Of a stretch of 64,000 nt of DNA, positions 45,606-53,796 are shown piece after piece. Source of the DNA: an uncultured Bacteroidota bacterium (GTDB lineage: Bacteria; Bacteroidota; Rhodothermia; Rhodothermales; DATKEJ01); contig CAVYJC010000011.1 of assembly GCA_963768715.1 (NCBI GenBank), forward strand, positions 4,050 to 68,049, read 5' to 3'. Every line of letters begins with the position of its first letter. Positions within the stretch are counted from its first letter, which is position 1. The translations under genes were made by a program, and so were the position numbers. The notes below the pieces were generated by a model. It worked only from the letters and a program-made list of their open reading frames with translations. It was not told where the DNA came from and did not search any database.

Positions 45606-46002
45606 CATGCGGAGTTTGCGGCGGCGCCGTATTTTCCATGCGGACACTCGCTTATCCAACCCGAGCGTTTCTTTGTCGGCGCATATGCTTGCATGATCGG
45701 GTCGCGATCGTGGACGCCTTCTCTCGGCGCTGCGCGACCGGCATTTGTACCTGTTGATTCACCGCCCCTCATCGGCGGCGGCGAACTCCCACACCTCGGA
45801 GCCAGGCTGCGCCGTGCTGGAAGCACTCGAGACAGGCGAACTGGACGAGGATCGGTACCGGAGCCACCAGAAACTGAAAAAGGAAGTGGCCTATCTGGAG
45901 CGCCGGAAAGACGAGTCGGCCGCGTTCGCACAGCGGGAGCATGACAGGAAGCTCACCCGCCTGTACAGGAGAACGATGAAGCAGAAGCGAGACGGGAGAT
46001 AG
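45606..46002 (+). pseudogene. rsgA: internally deleted ghost copy of rsgA (5' leader fused to the last ~70 codons)
   Basis: 45606-45781 aligns with 50252-50427 (the rsgA leader). 45785-46002 aligns with 51329-51542 ('EPGCAVLEAL.TGELD.DRY.SH.KL.KEVAYLERRKD.SAAFAQR.H.R.LTRLYRRT.KQKRD'). Confidence 0.8.
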
Positions 46003-46156
46003 GGGGCAGGGCGCACCGATTTTGCCTGGCGCCACACTGTTCCTCTTTCGCAGGGTTGGCGTCTCTAATGACTTGCCCCCGCGTGAAAGACTGGAGCCGG
46101 AACTCTGTACCTAAGACAAGAGTTGACATTTTCAAGTATAAACTTGGGAAACAGTT

Positions 46157-46390
46157 ATGGAAGCAACGGCGAAAGACCTTCGTTTTCATTCGAAGGAGCT
46201 TCTCGATACGGTAAAACGAGGAGAAGAGGTCCTGATCACGTATCGCGGCAAGCCCTGCGCGAAGCTGATCCCGATAGGGGAGGAGGATACCGGAGCAGAC
46301 GTTAAGGAGCTCTTTGGCATTTGGGCCGATCACGCCGAATCGGAATCCGTGCAGGACTTCGTTGACAAGGCGCGGGAACGGAGGCAATGA
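46157..46390 (+). CDS. type II antitoxin, Phd/YefM family
   Basis: 'AKDLRFHSKELLDTVKRGEEVLITYRGKPCAKLIP'. ATGA overlap with the downstream PIN gene. Confidence 0.8.
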   Translation: MEATAKDLRFHSKELLDTVKRGEEVLITYRGKPCAKLIPIGEEDTGADVKELFGIWADHAESESVQDFVDKARERRQ

Positions 46391-46770
46391 TGCTCGTCGA
46401 CACGGACGTTCTCGTCTGGTATCTGCGAGGCGACGAGCGAGCCCGAGCGGTCATTGAGCGCCTCCCTTCGTTCGCTGTGTCGGTCGTTACGTACATGGAA
46501 CTCGTCCAGGGAATGCGCGACAAGTCCGAGCTCCGCGCGCTGCGGCGGGCGCTGCGGGAATGGAATGCGCGCGTCCTCTACGTCGACGAAGAGATTTCGA
46601 TCAAAGCCATGTTTCTCGTCGAGCGGCACTTCCTGAGCGATTCCCTCAGGCTGGCAGATGCGTTGATTGCGTCTACGGCGCTCGCGACCGGACTCCCAAT
46701 CCTGACAGCCAATCGGAAGCACTACAAAGCGGTTAGCCAACTGGAGATCAAGCGTTTTCGGCCGGGGTAG
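46387..46770 (+). CDS. vapC: type II toxin, PIN-domain VapC ribonuclease
   Basis: 'MLVDTDVLVWYL', 'SVVTYMEL', 'ADALIASTAL...ILTANRKHY'. Confidence 0.8.
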   Translation: MMLVDTDVLVWYLRGDERARAVIERLPSFAVSVVTYMELVQGMRDKSELRALRRALREWNARVLYVDEEISIKAMFLVERHFLSDSLRLADALIASTALATGLPILTANRKHYKAVSQLEIKRFRPG

Positions 46771-46957
46771 GTTCGGGGTTCGGCCTGCCGGGCTCCAGAT
46801 TTTGTCCCGATGTGCCCAGGCATGCTTATCGCGCGACCCCGTGGGCGCGTGCAATCTCCGAAAGCTTCAGAGGGTCGACGATGTCGCCCTTGTGGAGCGC
46901 GACGGATTAGCGTCTCGCACGCGATTTTGGGGGCACATTCTCATCCCGATAGCGCAG

Positions 46958-47293
46958 TCACGGATACAAGCACGCATCCAATATCGCCAGCACCTCGTCA
47001 ATCAGGCTCTTCGGGACCTCGCCAACTCTCTTTGCGCGTCGCGCCCTGAAATCAACGGAACGGATCTGGTCCACCATCACGAGGCCCTCCATGCCGTCCA
47101 CCGCGTCGAGCGACACGTGAAACGGATAACCACGATCAGCACGGGTGATGGGGCAGACGATCGACATACCCGTCCGGTCGTTGAAGAGGTCGTTGCTGAT
47201 CACCAGTGCCGGTCGCCATCCCCTTTGCTCCGAACCGGATGTTGAACCGAAGAAAAGAGAAACGACATCGCCCTTCCTTGGCGTGTATGCCAT
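46958..47293 (-). CDS. mazF: type II toxin, MazF/PemK endoribonuclease
   Basis: 'PRKGDVV...SGSEQRGWRPALVIS', 'VCPITRADRGYPFHV', 'VMVDQIRSVD'. Confidence 0.8.
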   Translation of the reverse strand: MAYTPRKGDVVSLFFGSTSGSEQRGWRPALVISNDLFNDRTGMSIVCPITRADRGYPFHVSLDAVDGMEGLVMVDQIRSVDFRARRAKRVGEVPKSLIDEVLAILDACLYP

Positions 47294-47294
47294 C

Positions 47295-47543
47295 CTACCA
47301 GACCTCCTTGCCCGCCGAATCGCCCCATGCTTCCTCGCCCGGCTCGTAATCCTCAGGGATCTCCCTGACCAAGTCCTCGAGCTTGTACTTGCCCCTGCTT
47401 CGGGACACAGGCTTGACTATCAGTATGCCTTCTTCAACCGATATCACGACCTCCTCGCCGATCGTGATACCGGCTTCCCGGAGCAGATCCTTCGGTATCC
47501 GGATTCCCTGGCTATTGCCCCAGCGCTGGATCTTCGTTGTCAT
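47295..47543 (-). CDS. mazE: type II antitoxin, AbrB/MazE (SpoVT) family
   Basis: 'KIQRWGNSQGIRIPKDLLREAGI'. Its stop lies 1 nt upstream of the mazF start. Confidence 0.8.
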   Translation of the reverse strand: MTTKIQRWGNSQGIRIPKDLLREAGITIGEEVVISVEEGILIVKPVSRSRGKYKLEDLVREIPEDYEPGEEAWGDSAGKEVW

Positions 47544-47802
47544 GTGGGCCTTCGATTGTGGTGATATACATGTATATACGTATACTCGACGAGAGTTCCG
47601 ACCGGTATGCGTGTCGTATCTCTCCAGTTCAATGTCGCACTTTGAAGTTGGCGGTCCGACGCACTCGTCATATTTCTGACCTTCGCCATGCTCAATTATC
47701 AGAAGTTCGTGAATGCCCGTGCTAGTCAGGTTCCTCTCGGTCGCTCCGATCTATATTCGACTCGGCGCGATCACCGAACCCTCCGACTTACGACCGATCG
47801 TC

Positions 47803-49164
47803 ATGGATATTCTGACGCTGCACCGACTCCATTTCGCGTTCACCATCGTCTACCATTACATCTTCCCGCAGATCACGATGGGTCTGGCCCTGCTGATCTT
47901 CGTTCTTAAGACCATGGGCGTTCGGGGGGACGAGGCGGCCAATCGTGCCGTACGCTTCTGGGCAAAGATCTTCGGAGTTACGTTCGTGATGGGCGTCATT
48001 ACGGGCATCCCCATGGAGTTCCAGTTCGGTACGAACTGGTCGCGCTTTTCCGAAGCATCAGGTGGCATCATCGGGCAGACGCTGGCGATGGAGGGGGTCT
48101 TTGCCTTTTTCCTCGAGTCGTCGTTTCTGTACGTGCTCTTGTTCGGAGAGAAGCGTCTCGGTCCGCGGGGTCATTGGGTCGCTTCGCTGCTCGTGTTTAT
48201 AGGCACCTGGCTGAGCGCCTTCTTCATCGTTTGTACGAACGCGTGGATGCAGCATCCCGTCGGCTATGCGGTCGGCCCTGACGGGGTCATCCGACTCGAG
48301 AGCCTCACCGCATTGTTCACGAATCCGTGGGTGTGGCCGCAGTATCTGCATGTCATGGTCGGCACGACGATAACGGCCAGCTTCCTGATGGCTTCGATCG
48401 GTGCGTTCTACCTTCTTCGTGGTCGCCACGTCGAGACGGCGCGGCGATTCCTGTCCCTCGCTGTCGTCGTTGGTTTTGTCGCCAGCGTGCTCGCCATCTT
48501 CCCGACGGGTGACATGCACGCCAAGCTGGTCCACGACCATCAGCCTACTGCCTTCGCAGCGATGGAAGGGCAGTTCTACGCGGAGGAGGGCGCCGGTCTT
48601 GTCCTCATCGGCCAGCCCAATATGGACGAGCTGCGGCTCGACAATCCGATCGTGCTGCCGAACGTGCTTTCCTTCCTGACCCATCAGCGCTGGAAGGCCC
48701 GCGTCATTGGCCTGACCGACTATGACCGGGATCTGTGGCCCGACAATGTGGAGCTGCTTTACTACGCTTACCACGTTATGGCCGGTCTCGGTACCATGTT
48801 CATTCTGCTCATGGCACTCAGCGTGCTGTTTCTTTGGCGCCGGAGTCTGTACGGACGTCGCTGGCTGCTCTGGGGATTGATGCTCGCGTTGCCGTTTCCG
48901 TTCATCGCCAACACCGCAGGGTGGATGACTGCCGAGCTCGGCCGGCAACCGTGGATCATCTACGGCCTGATGAGAACCGCGGACGGCTATTCGACGAACG
49001 TCTCTTCGGGTAACGCCCTGTTCACGCTCATCGGATTCGCGGGCATGTACGCCCTCGTTTCGCTGCTGTATGCCTTCCTGACGGCCCGAATCATTGCAAA
49101 AGGACCGGGTCCCAACGATTCCGTAGAGGATATGCTCGCGACCGAAACATCCAGGGAGGCATAG
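47803..49164 (+). CDS. cydA: cytochrome bd ubiquinol oxidase subunit I
   Basis: 'RLHFAFTIVYHYIFPQITMGLA', 'GIPMEFQFGTNW', 'AMEGVFAFFLES', 'GWMTAELGRQPW'. Confidence 0.9.
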   Translation: MDILTLHRLHFAFTIVYHYIFPQITMGLALLIFVLKTMGVRGDEAANRAVRFWAKIFGVTFVMGVITGIPMEFQFGTNWSRFSEASGGIIGQTLAMEGVFAFFLESSFLYVLLFGEKRLGPRGHWVASLLVFIGTWLSAFFIVCTNAWMQHPVGYAVGPDGVIRLESLTALFTNPWVWPQYLHVMVGTTITASFLMASIGAFYLLRGRHVETARRFLSLAVVVGFVASVLAIFPTGDMHAKLVHDHQPTAFAAMEGQFYAEEGAGLVLIGQPNMDELRLDNPIVLPNVLSFLTHQRWKARVIGLTDYDRDLWPDNVELLYYAYHVMAGLGTMFILLMALSVLFLWRRSLYGRRWLLWGLMLALPFPFIANTAGWMTAELGRQPWIIYGLMRTADGYSTNVSSGNALFTLIGFAGMYALVSLLYAFLTARIIAKGPGPNDSVEDMLATETSREA

Positions 49165-49168
49165 TCTG

Positions 49169-50209
49169 ATGGAGACCCTCTGGTTCTGGCTCCTGACCTG
49201 GGTTATTGCCACGTACGTTGTGCTCGACGGGTTCGATTTCGGCGTCGGCATCATTCATTTGTTCGTGGCGCGGAACGAGGCCGAACGCGCCCAGGTGCTG
49301 CGATCGATCGGGCCCGTATGGGATGGAAACGAAGTCTGGCTCATCGTCGCGGGAGGGACCATCTTCTTTGCGTTCCCCAAACTCCTGGCCGTCTCGTTCA
49401 GCGGCTTCTACCTCGCGCTCATGCTCGTCCTGTGGCTCCTCATGTTTCGGGCGCTCGGCATCGAGCTCCGGCACCAGGTGGCCGATTCGCTCTGGCGACA
49501 ATTCTGGGATGTGGCATTTGCCTGGTCAAGTGCATTGTTGGCGCTCTTCCTGGGAGCCGCGCTCGGAAACCTCGTGCGGGGCGTGTCGATGAACGAGGAC
49601 GGGACCTTTTTTGCACCCCTGTGGACCGACTTCACTGTCGGCCAGAACGTCGGCATTCTCGATGTCTTTACGATTCTTGTGGCGGTTACGGCTGTCGCGT
49701 CCCTGGCGCATCACGGGGCCCTCTGGTTAAGCGCCCGAACCGATGCGTCGGTGGAACGTCGCGCACGCCGAGCCGCATCGATTCTCTGGCCTGTCGTGGC
49801 GCTTCTGGCGATCGCAACCACCGTCGCAACCTTCTTCACTCAGGAGAACGTCGGGTTGAATGTCTTCGAGATGCCGGTCGGCCTGATTCTCGCGGCCGTT
49901 GCACTGGTAGCTCACGGCGGCGCATTGGTCTTCAGAATGCGTGGAAAGGCGATGTGGGCCTTCCTTTCATCGGCCGCGTATCTGTACGGGATGGTAGGTT
50001 TGGCGGCCTTTGGCATGTATCCATTCGTGCTTCCCGCCAGGAATCCCGCTTTTGGGCTCACGATCCAGGATGCGGCGGCGCCCGCTGCCGGACTGGAGAC
50101 AGCACTCTTCTGGTGGATTCCCGGGATGCTCCTGGCGTGCGCCTACGCCGTGTACGTGTATTCGAGCATGCCGCGGACGTTCTCAGTACACGACGGTGAC
50201 GGCCACTGA
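49169..50209 (+). CDS. cydB: cytochrome bd ubiquinol oxidase subunit II
   Basis: 'YVVLDGFDFGVGI', 'GPVWDGNEVWLI'. Starts 4 nt after cydA. Confidence 0.9.
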   Translation: METLWFWLLTWVIATYVVLDGFDFGVGIIHLFVARNEAERAQVLRSIGPVWDGNEVWLIVAGGTIFFAFPKLLAVSFSGFYLALMLVLWLLMFRALGIELRHQVADSLWRQFWDVAFAWSSALLALFLGAALGNLVRGVSMNEDGTFFAPLWTDFTVGQNVGILDVFTILVAVTAVASLAHHGALWLSARTDASVERRARRAASILWPVVALLAIATTVATFFTQENVGLNVFEMPVGLILAAVALVAHGGALVFRMRGKAMWAFLSSAAYLYGMVGLAAFGMYPFVLPARNPAFGLTIQDAAAPAAGLETALFWWIPGMLLACAYAVYVYSSMPRTFSVHDGDGH

Positions 50210-50465
50210 ACACGCTCTGATCTTAAAGAGCGCTGCCGCTACCGGCCTCATCATGCGGAGTTTCCCGCCGCGCCGTATCTTTCCGCCGGACATTGCTCAC
50301 CTAAATCCAGAGCGTTTTTTTGTCAGCGCATATGGTTGCCTGATCGGGTCGCGATCGTAAACGCCGTTGCCCGGCGTCGCGCGACCAGCATTTCTATCTG
50401 TTGATTCATCGCCCCTCTCGGCGGCGGTGGCACTTTGTGCTGCTCAAACGTTATTCAAGCAAGCA

Positions 50466-51542
50466 ATGTCAATTTCCAATTTGGGCTGGACTCCGTTCTT
50501 CAGCCAGACTCTCGAACAATTCGACGCTCCCGGATTGAATCCGGCCCGCGTCTTTCGACAAGACAAACACCGATTCCTCGTTCACACAGGATCCGACATC
50601 GTCCCCGCCATACTGACCGGTTCGCTGACGAGCCGGCTCGCTGCAGCGGGCGACAGTGTCACTGTAGGGGACTGGGTCCTTGTGACGGCAGACCTCAACA
50701 GCGAGACACAATCCATTCACGAGCTGCTTCCGCGCCGAAGTGCTTTCAAACGAAAAAGTGCGGGTGCTGCGACGCGTGAACAGGTGGTGGCGGCCAATCT
50801 CGACATCGTGTTCCTTATCAGTGGACTGGATGGCGACTTCAACCTTCGCAGGATCGAGCGCTATGTAACACAGGCGTGGAGTAGTGGTGCTACACCCGTC
50901 ATCCTCCTGAACAAGGCCGACGTTTGCGACGATGTAGAAGGCCGATTGATGGCAGCTAGCGCCGTTGCGCCTGGTGTTGATGTCCATACCGTCAGTGCGA
51001 GGAACGGAACAGGTGTCAAGGAAATCGAGGAGTATCTGCGGCCCGGCGTCACAATTGCGCTGCTTGGATCTTCCGGTGTTGGCAAGTCAACTTTACTCAA
51101 TTCGTTGATGGGTGAGCACCGGATGGAGGTCGGCGACGTCCGCGAGGATGACAGCCGGGGTCGCCATACCACAACGCACCGTGAGATGATCATTCTTCCG
51201 AGCGGAGCACTCGTCATCGATACACCCGGAATGCGCGAACTGCAGCTCTGGAGCTCGAGCGAAGATCTCCAGCGGACCTTCGCGGAGGTGTCTGATCTGG
51301 CAGCACAGTGCCGATTCAACGATTGCAGCCACACTACGGAGCCCGGTTGCGCGGTGCTCGAGGCGCTGGCGTCGGGAGAACTGGATCAGGATCGTTATGA
51401 CAGCCACCTGAAGCTCGAGAAGGAGGTGGCCTACCTGGAGCGTCGGAAGGACGACTCGGCCGCGTTTGCACAACGGCAGCACGAAAGGGAGCTCACGCGG
51501 TTGTATAGACGAACAATAAAGCAGAAGCGAGACCGCAGATAA
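50466..51542 (+). CDS. rsgA: ribosome small-subunit-dependent GTPase A
   Basis: Circularly permuted GTPase motifs 'LLNKADV', 'LLGSSGVGKSTLLN', 'DTPGMRE'. Zn motif 'CRFNDCSHTTEPGC'. Confidence 0.9.
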   Translation: MSISNLGWTPFFSQTLEQFDAPGLNPARVFRQDKHRFLVHTGSDIVPAILTGSLTSRLAAAGDSVTVGDWVLVTADLNSETQSIHELLPRRSAFKRKSAGAATREQVVAANLDIVFLISGLDGDFNLRRIERYVTQAWSSGATPVILLNKADVCDDVEGRLMAASAVAPGVDVHTVSARNGTGVKEIEEYLRPGVTIALLGSSGVGKSTLLNSLMGEHRMEVGDVREDDSRGRHTTTHREMIILPSGALVIDTPGMRELQLWSSSEDLQRTFAEVSDLAAQCRFNDCSHTTEPGCAVLEALASGELDQDRYDSHLKLEKEVAYLERRKDDSAAFAQRQHERELTRLYRRTIKQKRDRR

Positions 51543-51578
51543 GGGTTCGTATGAATGTCCAGCCTTCCCGGCAAGCTT

Positions 51579-51713
51579 CTACTTCAGCAAAAGGACAGAT
51601 TTAGACGACTGAAATCGCTCCGTCGTGAGACGATAGATATATACTCCGCCGGGCAGATTGTTTGCATGTAGCGTTACGGTGTGTGCACCAGCCGAAAGCG
51701 TTGTCTCAAGCAT
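51579..51713 (-). pseudogene. orphan T9SS C-terminal-domain remnant
   Basis: The minus strand reads ..LSAGAHTVTLHANNLPGGVYIYRLTTERFQSSKSVLLLK*. There is no gene body upstream. It lies inside the 139-bp tandem duplication. Confidence 0.55.
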
Positions 51714-51903
51714 CCGTCAACTCTGCGGTTTCAACTGCAGCAGAACACAGATTCCGGAAGCTGTCTGGACGATAGATATATACTCCGCCGGGCAGATTGT
51801 TTGCATGTAGCGTTGCGGCGTGTGCACCAGCCGAAAGCGTTGTCTCAAGGAGCGCGTCGACCCGGCGGTTTCAACCGCTGCGCACACAGATTCCGGAAGC
51901 TGT
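51631..51903. repeat. tandem duplication, 2 x 139 bp
   Basis: cgatagatatatactccgccgggcagattgtttgcatgtagcgtt... recurs at 51631 and 51770. Confidence 0.9.
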
Positions 51904-52803
51904 TCAAATATGGGCTGATCCCATAATCAGATCACTCCCGATATGTATGCCTGCCATCGCCCCGGTGTGAATGGCGTGGTGAACTTGCTGCTTCGACGCG
52001 ATGATATCGCCCGCGGCGTAGATGCCCGGAATCGTCGTTTCCGACATGTCGTTGACCTTGACGTATCCTGCCTCGTTGAGCTCTAAACCCAGCTTCTCGA
52101 TCAGCGGAGGCTGGTGCTGTGGCGGGCCGATATAAATGTGGTCCAGGGGGATCGTCCCCGCACCTTCCACCTCAACCCCGGCGAGCTTCTCGCCTTCGCC
52201 GACGAAGGCCCTCACGGGGCCCTCGACCAACTGGATCCCTCGCTCGGCCAGTATTTCCGCACACCGTCGGGTGCTTTGTCTTTCTGATTCCAGAAGCCCA
52301 CGGTGTCGGAGGAAAGCTCGCGTAAGATAAGGAGTTTCCGTGCCGACTTCGGGTTTGTCGAAAAGCATCCCAAGTCGTTGGCCTCGACCCTCCCATCCCC
52401 AACACCAGGGGCAGTGGTGCACGGACTTACCCCACTTCTCCTGCAGTCCCGGGATGTCGGGCAGGTCATCCACCATCCCGAGGCCAAGCACAACGCGCCT
52501 GCACTCCTGACTGGAACCGTCTTCGAGGATCACGCGGAAGGCGTCATGCTCACCCTGTATGTCGGTGACCCAGCCCTTCCGTATGGAGAAAAGGTCTCCG
52601 TAAGCAGAGAGTTCTTCGAGGGCGATCCGCCGGAACTCGCTCGGACTTCGACCGGCGTTCGTGATGTTGCTCTGAATACCGTCGGAAACGAGGTTCCGAG
52701 GTTGGCCGCCATCGATGATGCGGACCCGGCGGCGGACGCGAACCAGGTTCAGGGCGGCACTCAGGCCGCTGGGCCCACCGCCTACGATCAGGACTTCAAG
52801 CAC
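51904..52803 (-). CDS. thioredoxin-reductase-like FAD/NAD(P) oxidoreductase
   Basis: 'VLIVGGGPSGLSAA', 'HHCPWCWGWE', 'IYAAGD'. An internal ~80-nt stretch reads better in another frame (see findings). Confidence 0.75.
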   Translation of the reverse strand: MLEVLIVGGGPSGLSAALNLVRVRRRVRIIDGGQPRNLVSDGIQSNITNAGRSPSEFRRIALEELSAYGDLFSIRKGWVTDIQGEHDAFRVILEDGSSQECRRVVLGLGMVDDLPDIPGLQEKWGKSVHHCPWCWGWEGRGQRLGMLFDKPEVGTETPYLTRAFLRHRGLLESERQSTRRCAEILAERGIQLVEGPVRAFVGEGEKLAGVEVEGAGTIPLDHIYIGPPQHQPPLIEKLGLELNEAGYVKVNDMSETTIPGIYAAGDIIASKQQVHHAIHTGAMAGIHIGSDLIMGSAHI

Positions 52804-52923
52804 GGGCTTCGCAGTTCATGTGATTTGAATTGGTGTGATTGAAGCCCGTCGATACCCAGCGGTTCCAGGACGGCTCCAGAAGATAAGTTCGAGTCCAGCT
52901 CTCGCGGATCCCTGGGACAGTCA

Positions 52924-53796
52924 CTACGGAATCCACTCCACTGAAAACCGTCCCGACGATCCGACATAGCCGAATCCATTGTGGACGTTCGACAATGTGC
53001 CGGGCTGTGACAGCACGTCTCGATCCCAGACGCCCCCGGGCGGTACCCAGTCAGCGGCCAGCACCTGAACCCTCATCAATGCCCCCACGAAATGCCATGG
53101 ATTGGTCCTGATATACTCTCTCTTGAGGAACGCGTAGTCGGCCGTGTAGTGGACTGTGATTTCCCATCCCTTCGACATGTCCTCTGACGAACTCTTGGTG
53201 TCATATGGGATGTCGAGGTCGATGAAGGGCATATCGTCCTGTTGCACGAACCTGTAGGACACGTCCACTCTGTGAGGCTCCGTCGTAAGCCCGGTCCAGA
53301 TGATCTTCTGCGTTCCTGTCGGAAACGCTTGATCTGGAGGTGACGAGATATCCGCCTCGCCCATGATTGCATGCGGTTGGTCCGGAACTGTGGTTTCGAC
53401 CCAGGTCACGGCGCCATCGGATCGCGTAACCTCTATCCGATAGGTCCGGCCGGCTTGGATCCGGAATCGACTGGTGAAGACGTGGCCGGTCGATCCGTCG
53501 GTGAACGTAAACACGCTGTCTCGCCAGGTCCATGTCTGGCCGTCCGAAAGGTCGGTGGCCGTTACTGCGGCGTCGATGGTAGAATCGATGGAGCCGATGT
53601 CTTGGTTGATCGGGACGACCCTCAGGTGTTGAACCAGAAAGTCCATGTCGAACGAGCCATAGATCGTGAAATAGCGCTCGGAGTCGAGAAAAGGATTGAC
53701 GTCGACGCTGCCGCATCCTCCCGTCATCAGGAAGCCGGTCCCGGCAAGCACCGCTACGATGAAAGGAGGCAATATGTGGGTCAGTCCGCCCCTCAT
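52924..53796 (-). CDS. DUF4249-like lipoprotein (partner of the TonB-dependent receptor)
   Basis: Lipobox 'FLMTGGCGS'. C-terminus 'NVHNGFGYVGSSGRFSVEW'. 4-nt overlap with the upstream receptor gene. Confidence 0.6.
   Translation of the reverse strand: MRGGLTHILPPFIVAVLAGTGFLMTGGCGSVDVNPFLDSERYFTIYGSFDMDFLVQHLRVVPINQDIGSIDSTIDAAVTATDLSDGQTWTWRDSVFTFTDGSTGHVFTSRFRIQAGRTYRIEVTRSDGAVTWVETTVPDQPHAIMGEADISSPPDQAFPTGTQKIIWTGLTTEPHRVDVSYRFVQQDDMPFIDLDIPYDTKSSSEDMSKGWEITVHYTADYAFLKREYIRTNPWHFVGALMRVQVLAADWVPPGGVWDRDVLSQPGTLSNVHNGFGYVGSSGRFSVEWIP

Noticed and set aside
45745-46002. An 85-aa ORF taken as an independent small gene.
   Set aside because: Its C-terminal ~65 residues are nearly identical in pattern to the C-terminus of the intact RsgA at 50466..51542, and its N-terminus is translated leader sequence. 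It is reported as a pseudogene fragment instead.
46120-46156. A sigma70-like promoter (TTGACA ... TATAAA) upstream of phd-vapC.
   Set aside because: The two hexamers are only 8 nt apart, which is incompatible with canonical spacing. Without a promoter model for this lineage, I do not report a regulatory feature.
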